Source of the DNA: an uncultured Acidimicrobiales bacterium
GTDB taxonomy: Bacteria > Actinomycetota > Acidimicrobiia > Acidimicrobiales > UBA8190
Reading direction: 5' to 3'
NCBI GenBank assembly: GCA_963839605.1
Contig: CAWIWK010000059.1
Location: 1,126 to 65,125 of the forward strand
DNA: 64,000 nucleotides
Positions 48,752 through 59,025 of this stretch are shown in pieces. Position 1 is the first letter of the stretch; each line of letters opens with the position of its first letter. The notes beneath the pieces were generated by a model, which made no database searches, was not told the origin of the DNA, and saw only the letters and a list, made by a program, of their open reading frames with translations. The translations under genes and the position numbers were made by a program.

Positions 48752-49218
48752 GGTCGGCTCCCTTCGCCGGCGCCGGCGCCAGTGCCGGACACGGGCCGCC
48801 ACTTCCACACCAGGTACTCGTGGTCGTCGTCCTCGTACAGCACGTCGGTGACGAGCTCGACCTCGTCGCCCACGGCCAGGTCGTCCACGGTCACCCCGGG
48901 AACCACCTGCCCCATCACCACCATCTTCTCCTCGGCGAGCTCGACCGCGGCGATGCAGAAGGGCACGAAGGGATCGGCGGCCACGTAGGGCGCGGGTGGG
49001 GTGTAGCGGGCGTCGGTGTAGGACCACACCCGGCCCCGGCGGCTCAGCGCGACCTCGTCGAAGTCGCTGCCGTCGCAGACGGGGTTGCGGCAGAAGAAGG
49101 CCTCGCGGGGGAAGGCGTAGGTGCCGCAGCTCCGGCACCGGCTGCCGAGCAGCGAGGGCTCGCCGCCCTCGGCGCTGAACCAGCCCTCGACGGCGGGGAC
49201 ACGGGTCTTGGTGGTCAC
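48744..49218 (-). CDS. DUF35 OB-fold/zinc-ribbon acyl-CoA-associated protein (3' end uncertain)
   Basis: LLGSRCRSCGTYAFPREAFFCRNPVC (Zn ribbon), then the OB fold GRVWSYTD...MGQVV. Standard partner of SCP-x-type thiolases. Confidence 0.7.
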
Positions 49219-49373
49219 CGGGCGAGTCTAACGCTCCGTCAGATCCGGGCCCCTGGGCCCGGCGGCCGTGGGGTGTTCCCCGGGGCCCTCCCCTCCGATG
49301 TACCCCCCATTGGGGTTATACGAGAGGGCACCCCTGGCGCCATCTCCGCAGAGCGGACGGCGGACCGCGGACG

Positions 49374-49418
49374 CCGGAGGGCGGAGGGCGGAGAGCGGAG
49401 GGCGGACCGGGGCGGGGG
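49374..49418 (+). repeat. G-rich heptad tandem repeat (GCGGAGG)x~5 followed by GGGGCGGGGG
   Basis: Lies in the 234-bp divergent spacer between DUF35 (49218, minus) and the PhzF-like gene (49453, plus). Confidence 0.7.
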
Positions 49419-49452
49419 ACGCGGCCCCTCTGACGGCGCGCGATCCTGTTCC

Positions 49453-50236
49453 ATGGAACTCACCGTCGTCGACGCCTTCACCGACCGCCCCTTCGCCGGC
49501 AACCCGGCCGCCGTGGCCGTGGTGGACGCCTTCCCCGACGAGCACCGCATGCAGGCCATCGCCCGCGAGATGCACTTGTCGGAGACCGCCTTCGTCCGCC
49601 CCGCGCCGGCGGCGACCACGACCTGCGCTGGTTCAGCCCGACCGTCGAGGTCGATCTGTGCGGGCACGCCACCCTGGCCACGGCGCACGTGCTCGGTGGG
49701 GCGGGCCGGTTCCACACCCGCAGCGGCGAGCTGGTGTGCAGCGCCGGCGACGACGGCTGGATCGACATGGACTTCCCCGCCGACCCGGTGACCGCCTCGC
49801 AGGAGTCCGCCGCGGTCGCCACCGCCCTCGGTCTTTCCGACGCCACCGCCGTCCGGTTCGTGGGGCGGGGCCGCAGCGACGTTCTGGTGGAGGTGGCCGA
49901 CGCCGGGGTGGTGCGGGGCCTGCACCCCGATCAGGGGGCGGTTGCCGCCCTCGGGTCGCGGTGCGTGATCGTCACCGCCGGCGGGGACGGCACGGGCGCC
50001 ATGGCCGACTGCGTGAGCCGCGTGTTCGCCCCCAACGCCGGCATCGCCGAGGATCCCGCCACCGGCTCGGCGCACTGCACCCTGGCCGGGTACTGGGGAG
50101 AGCGCCTGGGCCGCGAGGTGCTGGTGGGCGAGCAGGCGTCGGCGCGGGCGGCGTGGTGCGCATGCGCCTGGCCGGCGACCGGGTGGTGCTGAGCGGCCGG
50201 GCCGTCACCGTGTCACGGGTGCAGCTGCTCGTGTGA
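49453..50236 (+). CDS. PhzF-family isomerase-like protein; 2-3 frame disruptions
   Basis: MELTVVDAFTDRPFAGNPAAV, MHLSETAFV, LRWFSPTVEVDLCGHATLA, FAPNAGIAEDPATGSA. Pieces are in ORFs 48820, 49689 and 49268. Confidence 0.8.
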
Positions 50237-50268
50237 GGAGACGGCCACCCCCTCAGCCGGCCACCCCC

Positions 50269-51048
50269 TCAGCCGGCCGCCTTGCGGACCCCCTTTCGGT
50301 AGGCGCGGGGGAACAGGGCCCGGGCCACGGGGGCCAGGCGGGCCACCGCCGCGGCGTCGATGTCGACCCTCGGTCCCCCCATGCGGGCCAGCACCAGGCG
50401 CGACACGCCCTCCTCGGTGCGCCGCACCATGCGCGGAGGCGTGGGCATGCCGTCGTCCACGGCGGCGCGCCCCATGGCGGTGGGGACCCATCCCGGGTAC
50501 AGGACATGGAGGTGCACGCCCCGTTCCTCGGTGTCGAAGGCGAGGCTCTCGGTGAACGCGCTCAGCGCCGCCTTCGACGCGCCGTAGGCGGCCTCGTGCG
50601 GCCCCGGGGCGCGACCGCTGTCCGACGACACGTTCACCACCACGCCCCGGCCACGCCGCACCATGCCCGGCAGGACGGCCAGCGTGCCCGCCACCGCCCC
50701 GAAGTAGTTGGTGGCCATGACGGCGCGGTGCACCTCGACGCCGGGCTCGGCGTCGCCCCGGGGCGGTCCCGTGCCGGCGTTGTTGACGAGCACGTCGATG
50801 CGGCCGTGGGTGCGCTCCACCTCGGTCAGGGCGGCCACGAAGGCGTCGGTGTCAGAGACGTCGCACGCCACGGCGGCGGAATCCGGCGACGACCGCTGCA
50901 TGTCGTGCGCCAACGCCGCCAGGAGATCGTGGCGGCGGGCCATCCCCACCACCACCGCCCCCCGGGCCGCCAGGTCGAGGGCGAAGCGCCGCCCCAGGCC
51001 CGACGAAGCCCCCGTCACGACGCACACCGCACCCCGCACCTCGAACAT
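50269..51048 (-). CDS. SDR-family oxidoreductase
   Basis: VCVVTGASSGLGRR, NNAG, YGASKAAL. Confidence 0.85.
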   Translation of the reverse strand: MFEVRGAVCVVTGASSGLGRRFALDLAARGAVVVGMARRHDLLAALAHDMQRSSPDSAAVACDVSDTDAFVAALTEVERTHGRIDVLVNNAGTGPPRGDAEPGVEVHRAVMATNYFGAVAGTLAVLPGMVRRGRGVVVNVSSDSGRAPGPHEAAYGASKAALSAFTESLAFDTEERGVHLHVLYPGWVPTAMGRAAVDDGMPTPPRMVRRTEEGVSRLVLARMGGPRVDIDAAAVARLAPVARALFPRAYRKGVRKAAG

Positions 51049-51088
51049 GACGTCCCATCGTAGGAACCGGCGTCGCATTGCTGACAAC

Positions 51089-51962
51089 ATGGGTGCCGTG
51101 GTCGACCGCGCCGTCCCCACGGCCCGCACCATGTGGCACCTCCTCGAGCCACTGCACGCCGTCGTCTACTTCGCCCCCGAGGCCGCCGACGCGTTCGCCG
51201 CCGCCGGGTTGAAGGGCTTCTGGATGGGCTACTTCGCCGGCCGGGCCGCGCCCATGGGCGCGGTTGGGCCGGCCGTGGTGGACGCCACCTTCTTCAACTT
51301 CGCCCCGGCACACGTGGCGCAGCGCCGTGCCCGACGCGTGGCTGTTCGCGTCGCCGGCGCACGTCCTGGAGGCGCGCCTGGCCGGTGCCGGGGCGGCGCT
51401 CGGCCGCCTGCTCGACGGGCACGACGCCGAGGTCCGCGCCGCCGCCCACCTGGCCCGTCGGGCGGTCGAGGGCCTCACCGTGGCCGGGCGCCCCCTGGGC
51501 GCGGCCAACGCCGCACTGCCCTGGCCCGACGATCCGCGCCTCGTGCTGTGGCAGGCGGCGGGCGTGGTGCGCGAGCACCGCGGCGACGGCCACGTGGCCG
51601 CCCTGGTGGCGGCGGGGCTCGACGGCGTGGAGGCTCTCGTGTCGATGGTGGGCACCGGCGCCGTTCCCCGCTCGCTGCTCCAGGTGGCCCGGGGGTGGGA
51701 CGACGCCGAATGGGAGGCGGCCGAGGCCCGGCTGGCCGGTCGCGGCTGGCTGGCGGCCGACGGCGCGCTCACGTCCGAGGGGGCGGCGGCGCGCACCGGC
51801 ATCGAGGCCCTCACCGACCGTCTGGCCACCGAGCCCTGGGACCGACTGGGCCCAGAGGGGACCGAGGAGCTGCGGGCCCTGCTCGTGCCGCTCGCCCGGG
51901 CCGTGGCGGCGTCCGGGGTGGTTCCCGTCCCCAATCCGATTGGCCTGCCCGTCCCCGGCTAA
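51089..51962 (+). CDS. conserved actinobacterial hypothetical protein (SCO6745-like helical protein); 1 frame disruption ~51310
   Basis: MWHLLEPLHAVVYFAPEA..GLKGFWMGYFAGRAAPMG, then ...REHRGDGHVAAL... in ORF 51264..51962. Family name recalled from memory only. Confidence 0.45.
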
Positions 51963-52029
51963 TCGGTTCGCCGGGCGTCACCACGGTGCGTGGCCCGTCG
52001 TGGGTACACACTCCCGGTCCACGGTCCGT

Positions 52030-52060
52030 GGCCGGATAGGGCCTTTGGGCCTGTCCGGCC
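52030..52060 (+). terminator. 14-bp-stem GC hairpin (no T-tract) 68 nt after the preceding stop
   Basis: ggccggatagggcc-ttt-gggcctgtccggcc (one mismatch, one G-U). Confidence 0.35.
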
Positions 52061-52109
52061 CAGGGCCATTGGGTCCTACGCGTCACGCGGCGACGTGTCG
52101 ACGCTAGAG

Positions 52110-52831
52110 ATGATGAACGAACCGGCCCCCGACCTCTTCCGCACACTCGCCACCCACCAGGAGCTCCTTCCCGCCCTGCAACGGGCCGAGACCGTCTACG
52201 ACCGTGCCACCGCCCAGCACTCGGCCCGGGTGGGGAAGATCTGCGCCCTCATCGGCCAGGTCATCGGCCTGAGCGCCACTGACATCGGCGCCTTGACATG
52301 GACGGGCGTCCTGCACGACGTGGGCAAGCTCACGGTGCCCGAAACGGTGCTGCACAAGCAGTCGGGGGCTTTCACCGAGGCCGAATGGGCCGAGCTGCGA
52401 CGCCACGCCACGGCGGGGGAGAGCCTGGTGCTCGCCCTCGGTCCCCAGATGCAGCCCATGGCGTCGGCCGTGCGCTCGCACCACGAACGCTGGGATGGCA
52501 GCGGCTACCCCGACGGTCTGGCGGGCGAGGACATCCCCGTCTGGTCGCGCATCGTGGCGGTTGCCGACGCCTACGACCTGCTCGCCCACGAGCAGCCCTA
52601 TCGTCACCAGGCGTTCACCCACGCCGCCGCCGTCGACCTCGTGCTGGACGGCGTGGCCGGCGCTTCGAGCCGGAGGTGGTCGACGCCTTCGTGTTCCTCG
52701 ACCACCGGGGGGTGCTCGCCCCCATCGCCGAGTCGATGCAGCACCGGCCCCAGGCCGTGTCGGCCATCACCGCAGCGCGTCGCACACCGGTGGGGACGCG
52801 CCGGCGCAGGGCTCGCAGGCCCGTGGTGTAG
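52110..52831 (+). CDS. HD-GYP domain phosphodiesterase-like protein; 1 frame disruption ~52665
   Basis: HSARVGKI, GVLHDVGKLTVPETVL, HHERWDGSGYPDGL, IVAVADAYD. Confidence 0.8.
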
Positions 52832-52835
52832 TCGG

Positions 52836-53074
52836 TCAGCTGTCGGTCTCGCGCCGCCGCGCCGTGGCCAGCTCGGCTGCGATGCGCTGCGCCTCCTCGG
52901 TGTCGACCTGCTCCAGGGCGTAGCCGCTGTGGACCACGAGCCAGTCACCCACCGCCGGGGGATCGCCGTCGTAGGCCAGCAGCGAGACGTCGTGGCGCGA
53001 GCCGTCGACGTCCTGCACGGCCACCTGGGACCCGGTGGGGGGACCCACGACCAGGTGGAGCCGGCTCACGCACA
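52836..53074 (-). CDS. hypC: hydrogenase maturation chaperone HypC/HupF family
   Basis: GTG-Cys start (VCVSRLHLVV...), GDWLVVHSGYALEQVDTEEAQ. Confidence 0.7.
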
Positions 53075-53548
53075 CGACGTGGAGCCTGCCACGACATCGA
53101 GCACGCGTGCCGCCGCCTCCTCCACCGACGCGGCCACGGCGTCGCTCAGTCCCATGCCGTCGCCGAAGTCCTCCCCCTCGATCCCCACCGCCACCACCCG
53201 TCGCGGGGCGCGGTCCACGGCGTGGGCCAGGCGCAGGGCGCCGGCCACGCCCACGGTGTGGGTGCTGGCCGTGGCGTCGCCTGGCGTGTCGGGGCCCAGC
53301 TCGACCACGGTCACGGTGCCGGGCGTCGCCCCCGTGCGCACGGCGTCGACCACCACCGCCAGGGTGGCACCGTCCCACTCGCCCAGCAGGTCGAGCGGAT
53401 CGCCGAAGGGCCCCGACACCGTGGTGTCGCGGCCGGTGCCGTGGTCGGGCCGTTTCCCGCCTGCGAGGCGCTGCGCCACGAGGGCTGTCACGGCCGCACC
53501 GACGCCGTCGTCGCGGCGGTACTCGTTCCCCATGGCGAGCACCACCAC
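53066..53548 (-). CDS. hydrogenase maturation endopeptidase (HyaD/HoxW/FrhD family)
   Basis: VVLAMGNEYRRDDGVG...LAVVVDAV...GTVTVVEL...STHTVG. Confidence 0.75.
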   Translation of the reverse strand: MVVLAMGNEYRRDDGVGAAVTALVAQRLAGGKRPDHGTGRDTTVSGPFGDPLDLLGEWDGATLAVVVDAVRTGATPGTVTVVELGPDTPGDATASTHTVGVAGALRLAHAVDRAPRRVVAVGIEGEDFGDGMGLSDAVAASVEEAAARVLDVVAGSTSCA

Positions 53549-53570
53549 ACGCCGCGCGGCGGGCGCAGCG

Positions 53571-54871
53571 TCACGTGCGCTCCACCCTCACGTCCAAAAA
53601 GTGGGTGGCGCACGAGATGCACGGGTCGTGGTTGCGCACGGCCTGCTCGCAGCGCCACGTCAGGTCCTCGTCGGCCAGGTCGAGCCCGCCCTCCACCACG
53701 CGCCGCAGGTCGTCCTCGATGGTGAGCTGGTTCTGCGACGTGGGCGGCATGATGCGGGCCGTGCGGATCGGTGCCGTCGTCGTCGAGGGCGTAGCGGTGC
53801 ACGAGCAGGCCGCGGGGCGCCTCGGTCGCGCCCGTGCCCACGCCCCGCGGCGGCACGGCATCGAGCGGCGGGCTCGGGCGCTCGTACTCCTCCACCAGGC
53901 GCAGCGCCTCGTCGCAGGCGAAGACGAGCTCGACGGCTCGCACCACGATGCTGCGGAAGGGGTTGGTGCAACCTCGCCCAGCCCGGCGGCGGCCGCGGCC
54001 TGCCGGGCCACTCGGGGAGCTTGGCGCCGTTGAGGGCGTAGCGCGCCAGCGGACCGGTGAGATACGGGTCGCTCCCCGCCAGCCGCGGCGTGCAGGGCGG
54101 TGGAGTGCGCCACGTGCTCCTCCACCGCCAGGTCGGCGAACTCGGACGGGCTCGATCTCCTGAGCCCGACCACAGCGACCACCCGGCCCTCCTCGACGGG
54201 TAATGGTCGGGTGGGTGAGCGCCACGAAGCGGTAGTCACCGGTCGACGTCGGGGAAGTCGAACCCCGCCACCCACGACACCGTGGTGAGGGCGTCGTCGC
54301 GCGCCCGGCGCAGGGGCTCGGCCAGGGCGCGCACGGCCTCGGTGTCCGGGGCCCGGTAGAAGCCGCCGACGCGCACGTTCACCGGGTGCACGGCCCGGCC
54401 CCCCACCGTCTTCATGATGAGGTTGCCGGTGCGCTTCAGGTCGAGGCCGCGCTCGACCGCGGCCCGGTCGATGGCGGCGAGCTCCACGGCGTCCTCGCAG
54501 CCGAGGAAGTCCGGCGCATGCAGCAGGTAGATGTGCAGCGCGTGGCTCTGGATCCACTCGCCGCAGTAGAGCAGGCGGCGCAGCGCCGCCACGGGCCCGC
54601 CGACCGTCGACCCCGCAGGCGTCCTCCATGGCCCGGCACGCGCTCATCTGGTAGGCGACAGGGCAGATCCCGCAGATGCGGGCCGTGATGTCGGGCGCCT
54701 CGTCGAAGCGCGCGGCCCCGAGCAGCGCCTCGAAGAAGCGGGGCGGCTCGAAGATGTCGAGCGTGACCTCGGTGACCGCCCCGTCGTGGACGTGCACTCG
54801 CAGCACGCCCTCGCCCTCGACCCGGGCCAGGCCGCACGGCGACGGTGCGCTCCGTGCCGGCCGTGGGTCAT
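53571..54871 (-). CDS. [NiFe] hydrogenase large subunit (group-3-like, probably 3b); 5 or more frame disruptions
   Basis: [22 protein letters not shown] (L1), EAPRGLLVH and the C-terminal [18 protein letters not shown]. Pieces are in ORFs 53571, 54236 and 53488. Confidence 0.8.
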
Positions 54872-55671
54872 GGGGGCCGCTCCCGCCATCGGGTCGTTGG
54901 CCTCGCTCTCCGCGGAAGGCGGGGGCTCCGGCGTTGAAGGTGCGGAACAGGCGCGACACGTCGACGGCGGCGAGCCCGTCGGCGCGCAGGCGCCCAGCCA
55001 GGGAGGCCGTGTTGGCGGTGTCGGCCGGCCCGAAGCACCCGAAACAGCCGCGGTCCACCGACGGGCACAATCCCCCGCAGCCGGCACGGGTCACCGGCCC
55101 CAGGCACGGCGTCCCCTTGGCCACGAGCACGCACACCGTGCCGCGGCCCTTGCACTCCTGGCACACGCTGTGGCCGGCGATGGCCGGGCGCCTCCCGGCC
55201 AGATGGGCCAGGACCACCTCGAGCAGCTGCCCCCGGTCGACGGGGCAGCCGTGCAACTCGTAGTCGACGCGGACGTGCGACGAGATGGGCGTCGAGGTCG
55301 CCAGCGTGGCGATGTAGTCGGGACGGGCGTACACGGTGGCGGCGTAGGCGCCCGCCGACGCGAAGTTGCGCAGGCCCTGGATCCCGCCGGCCGTGGCGCA
55401 GGCGCCGATGGTGACGAGCACCCGCGACGAGGCCCGCACGGCCTGGATGCGCTCGGCGTCGTCGGCCGTGGTGATCGACCCCTCCACCAGCGACACGTCG
55501 TAGGGCCCGGCCACCACCGCCCTGCTCATCTCGGTGAACTATGCGATCCGCACGGCGCCGGCCAGGGCCAGCAGCTCGTCCTCGCAGTCGAGCAGGGTGA
55601 GCTGGCAGCCGTCGCACGAGGCGAACTTCCACACCGGCCAAGGTGGGCCGGCTGTCGGTGGCGCCCGTCAT
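54868..55671 (-). CDS. [NiFe] hydrogenase small (delta-type) subunit; 1 frameshift plus an in-frame TAG at 55539..55541
   Basis: [12 protein letters not shown] / [31 protein letters not shown] / TAG / [24 protein letters not shown]...[10 protein letters not shown]...CPVD...[15 protein letters not shown]. Confidence 0.75.
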   Translation of the reverse strand: MTGATDSRPTLAGVEVRLVRRLPAHPARLRGRAAGPGRRRADRIVHRDEQGGGGRALRRVAGGGVDHHGRRRRAHPGRAGLVAGARHHRRLRHGRRDPGPAQLRVGGRLRRHRVRPSRLHRHAGDLDAHLVARPRRLRVARLPRRPGAAARGGPGPSGREAPGHRRPQRVPGVQGPRHGVRARGQGDAVPGAGDPCRLRGIVPVGGPRLFRVLRAGRHRQHGLPGWAPARRRARRRRRVAPVPHLQRRSPRLPRRARPTTRWRERPP

Positions 55672-56530
55672 CGCTCGCGCTCGCAGCAGCAGGCGCTCGA
55701 GGCCGCCCCGTAGTCGAAGATGGGTCCGTCCCGGCACAGCAGGAGGGCCCGAGCTGGCAGTGACCGCACAGCCCGATGCCGCACTGCATGTTGCGCTCCA
55801 GCGAGACCCTGATGCGGGACCGCGCCACGCCCCGCTCGATGAGGTCGCGCACGGTGAAGCGCATCATGACCTCGGGGCCGCACATCACCGCCGAGGTGCG
55901 GGCCGGGTCGAACCCCGCGGCGGGTATCAACGTCGTGACCACGCCCACCCGCCCCGTCCAGTCGGCCTCGGCCACGTCCACCGTCACCGCCACGTGCGCC
56001 CCCGCCTCCCGCCAGCGTTCCAGGTCGTCGCCGAACACGATCTGGTCGGGCGAGCGGGCCCCGACCAGCACGTACAGCCGGCCGGCCCGCCCGGCGCCCC
56101 CAACGTGGCCACCAGCCGCTCCACCGCGCCCCGCAGCGGCGCCAAGCCGATGCCGCCCGCCACCACCACGGCGTCGGCGCCGGCCATGGTGTCGAGTGCC
56201 CCAGTCGTTGCCGAAGGGACCGCGCACGCCCACGACGCCTCCCACCGGGGTGGCGCACAGGGCGTGGGTGACGGCGCCCACGTCGCGCACGGTGTGCTCC
56301 ATGGGGCCTTCGCCGTCGGGGCTGCTGCTCATGGAGATGGCCACCTCGCCCACGCCGAAGGCGGTGAGCATGTTGAACTGGCCGGGGCCGAAGTGGAGGT
56401 GATCGCCGCCGAGGGGGACGAGCGACAGCGTGGTGACGTCGTCGGTGTGTCGGCGTATGGCCACCACCCGGTACGGGACCGGCACGAGGGGGTGGGGGGC
56501 GGTGGCGGCGTCAGCCGTGGCCGTCGTCAT
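55668..56530 (-). CDS. hydrogenase gamma-type subunit: FAD/NAD(P)-binding oxidoreductase with C-terminal 2Fe-2S (PyrK/AsrB-like); 2-3 frame disruptions
   Basis: [67 protein letters not shown] overlap with the small subunit. Confidence 0.75.
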
Positions 56531-57014
56531 GGTCCTTGCCGTACAGGTCGAGAATGCGCATGCGTGTCGACTGCAGGCGCTCGAGGATGACGGCCGACAC
56601 CCGCTGGAGCAGCGCGTAGCCGAAGACCGGGTCGGCGTCCGCCTTGCGCCGCAGGCAGGCGGCGTCCACGGCCACCGCACCCACCGGCGCCGTGGCGCGG
56701 GCGTCGAAGTGCCAGCGATAGGGCGGGAACATCCACGACCATCCCACCGGATCGCCCGGGCCCACCGTCTCCACCACGATGCGGCCCCGGTCCGGGGCGT
56801 GCACCTCGATGGAGACCCGCCCGCGCCGCAGGAGGTAGAGCGTGTCGGCGGCCGAACCCTCCTCGAGCAGGAGCGCCCCGGCGTCGACGGCCACGTTGCG
56901 GGCGCACCCGGCCACCAGGGCCACGGCGTCGCCGGGCAGCCCGGCCAGCAGCGGGTGCTCGGCCACCAGTTCGGCGATGTGGCGCGGGTCGTGGGATGCG
57001 TCGTGGGTGGTCAT
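56511..57014 (-). CDS. cyclic-nucleotide-binding (cNMP) domain protein, no DNA-binding domain
   Basis: 167 aa. [23 protein letters not shown]...[15 protein letters not shown]. Sits between the beta- and gamma-type subunit genes and overlaps both. Confidence 0.7.
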   Translation of the reverse strand: MTTHDASHDPRHIAELVAEHPLLAGLPGDAVALVAGCARNVAVDAGALLLEEGSAADTLYLLRRGRVSIEVHAPDRGRIVVETVGPGDPVGWSWMFPPYRWHFDARATAPVGAVAVDAACLRRKADADPVFGYALLQRVSAVILERLQSTRMRILDLYGKDHDDGHG

Positions 57015-58195
57015 GGTGCGACCTCGCTCGTGTCGGTGGCCCGGATGGCGGCGGTCTCCTCGGTCAGGTCGATGCCCACCGGGCACCAGGCGATGCAGCG
57101 CCCGCACCCCACGCAGCCCGACATGCCGAACTGGTCGTGCCACGTGCCGAGCTTGTGCGTCAGCCACTGGCGGTAGCGCGAGCGGGTGGTGGGCCGGACC
57201 GGGCCCCCGTGCACGAAGGAGTGGGCCAGGTCGAAGCACGACGCCCACGTCTTGTGGCGCTCGACCGTGCCGGACAGGTCGCTCGTGTCCTGCACGGTGC
57301 TGCAGAAGCACGTGGGGCACACGAGCGTGCAATTGCCGCACGAAAGGCAGCGGTCGGCCACCTCGTCCCACCGGGGGTGTTCCAGGTTGCGCTCCAGCAG
57401 GGCGGGAAGGTCGGTGGTGTCGAGGCGCCGGGTGATGGCCGCCACCGCCCCGTCGACCACGGCCCGGCGCGCCGCCTCGTCGGCGCCGGTGCCGGCCCGG
57501 TGGGGGACGGCGGCGAGGACCTCGGCCCCGATGTCGCTGCCGGGGCGCGCCACGAAGCGCTGGCCCTCGTCGTCGAGGATCTCGGCCAGGGCGATGTCGA
57601 AGCCCTCCTCCGCCCCCGGGCCCGTGCCCATGGAGGTGCAGAAGCAGGTGGCCGACGGGGTGCCGCACTCCGCCGCCACCAGGAAGGTGCTCCGGCGGCG
57701 GTCGACGTAGAGGGGGTCGGGGGCAGGGGCGCCATCCATCACCCGGTCGAGCACGCCCAGGGCGGCGAGATCGCAGGGACGCACCCCCACCAGGGCTGTG
57801 GCCCGGCTGTCGTGCGCCACCTCCTCGATCACCACGCCGGCCGGGGCCGACCCGTCGTCGCCGTCGGGCTGGACGTGGGCCCGCCATACGAGCGACCGGG
57901 GCGGGAAGACGTGCGCCTTGGGCGAATGGGGGCCGACGGCCCAGGCGAAGAGGGCCGGATCGTCGGCCTGCTCGATGCGGTAGGTCCCCGGCGCCTGGAC
58001 GTCGTGCCAGCCCGCGGGCAGATCGGCGCTCGTCTCGATCTCGGCGTAGGTGATGGCCCCGTCGCGTGCCACGGGGCCGACGGTGCGGTACCCGCGCCGG
58101 CGCAGCTCGGCCAGGAGCGTGTCTAATCCAGACCGGTCGAGGACGACCGTGCCACCCGCCACGGTGCCCGTGCCATCCGCCGCCACGCTGCTCAG
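57011..58195 (-). CDS. hydrogenase beta-type subunit: 4Fe-4S dicluster protein (AsrA-like), intact
   Basis: [16 protein letters not shown] and [16 protein letters not shown]-terminal 394 aa of track ORF 57011..58759. Confidence 0.75.
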   Translation of the reverse strand: MSSVAADGTGTVAGGTVVLDRSGLDTLLAELRRRGYRTVGPVARDGAITYAEIETSADLPAGWHDVQAPGTYRIEQADDPALFAWAVGPHSPKAHVFPPRSLVWRAHVQPDGDDGSAPAGVVIEEVAHDSRATALVGVRPCDLAALGVLDRVMDGAPAPDPLYVDRRRSTFLVAAECGTPSATCFCTSMGTGPGAEEGFDIALAEILDDEGQRFVARPGSDIGAEVLAAVPHRAGTGADEAARRAVVDGAVAAITRRLDTTDLPALLERNLEHPRWDEVADRCLSCGNCTLVCPTCFCSTVQDTSDLSGTVERHKTWASCFDLAHSFVHGGPVRPTTRSRYRQWLTHKLGTWHDQFGMSGCVGCGRCIAWCPVGIDLTEETAAIRATDTSEVAP

Positions 58196-58235
58196 GCTAC
58201 GGCGGGTCCCCCCTGGTGGCCAGGGTCGTTCGCCC

Positions 58236-58759
58236 CTAGTCCCACAGCCCGACGGGGGCCTTCCCCAGGGGGTAATGGCCGGGCAGCAACTTCGCCCGAA
58301 CGCGGCCCGCTCCATGCGGCGCCGCATGCCCTCGGACAGGGCGTCGGCCTTGATCATCTCGATGAACAGGGCGGTGGCGTTGCCCACGTCGAAGAAGTCG
58401 CGCTGCCACGACCAGCGCCCGTCCCCGCCGTAGCGGAACCAGCTCCCGCCCAGTCCGGCGATGACGTACGGCGAGCCGTCGGGCCGGGTGGAGTCGGCCA
58501 CCTGCTTCCACAGGCCGATGACCTCTCCCTGGTGGGGGTCGATGAGCACCTTCTGGTAGGGGTAGGTCCAGCCGTCGAGCCCGCCCATCTCGAGCCCCAG
58601 GGCGACGTCGCGGATCTCCTCGCGCCCCACGGCCATGAACTCCTCGTTGGGCCCGATGTTCCAGCCGTAGGTGGCGTCCTCGGTGTACAGGTCGGCCATG
58701 GGCCGCCAGTCGCGCGCCTCCTGGGCGCGGCGGTTGGCCTCCAGCCAGCGCTGCACCAT
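58236..58759 (-). CDS. SnoaL/NTF2-like fold protein; 1 frame disruption ~58310
   Basis: MVQRWLEANRRAQEARDWRPMADLYTEDATYGWNIGP...GGSWFRYGGDGRWSWQRDFFD. Tail is in ORF 58236..58511. SD AAGGAG is present. Confidence 0.6.
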
Positions 58760-58772
58760 CTCCTCGAGCTCC

Positions 58773-59025
58773 TTAGCGTACGCCGGCAGTCAGTCCTTCG
58801 TCGGGGTGCGTCGATGCCCCCGTCCTCGATGCCCCCGTCCTCGATGCGCAGCGCGTGGGTGGGGCAGAAGGCCACCGCCGCCTCGACCTGGGCCCGCATG
58901 CTCTCGGGCGGCGACTCGTCGAGGACCTCCAGGATCCCCTTCTTGTTGACGGCGAACACCGCCGGTGCCTCGGACTCGCACACGCCGTGACCCTGGCACA
59001 GGTCGCGGTCCACGATCACCTTCAT
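58773..59025 (-). CDS. small single-cluster ferredoxin (Rv0763c-like); 3' frame uncertain
   Basis: MKVIVDRDLCQGHGVCESEAPAVF...AVAFCPTHALRIED. Stops are available at 58773 (TAA) or 58790 (TGA) only after a frame shift in a G5 run. Confidence 0.7.
58811..58847. repeat. 15-bp tandem duplication tcgatgcccccgtcc x2.5 (IEDGG IEDGG)
   Basis: Direct comparison of 58811..58825 with 58826..58840, plus a partial third copy. Confidence 0.85.

Noticed and set aside
55539-55541. Programmed recoding (pyrrolysine or read-through) at the in-frame TAG of the hydrogenase small subunit
   Set aside because: No pyl genes or recoding signals are visible, and the position aligns with an ordinary aromatic residue in homologues. 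A point mutation or base-call error is far more likely.
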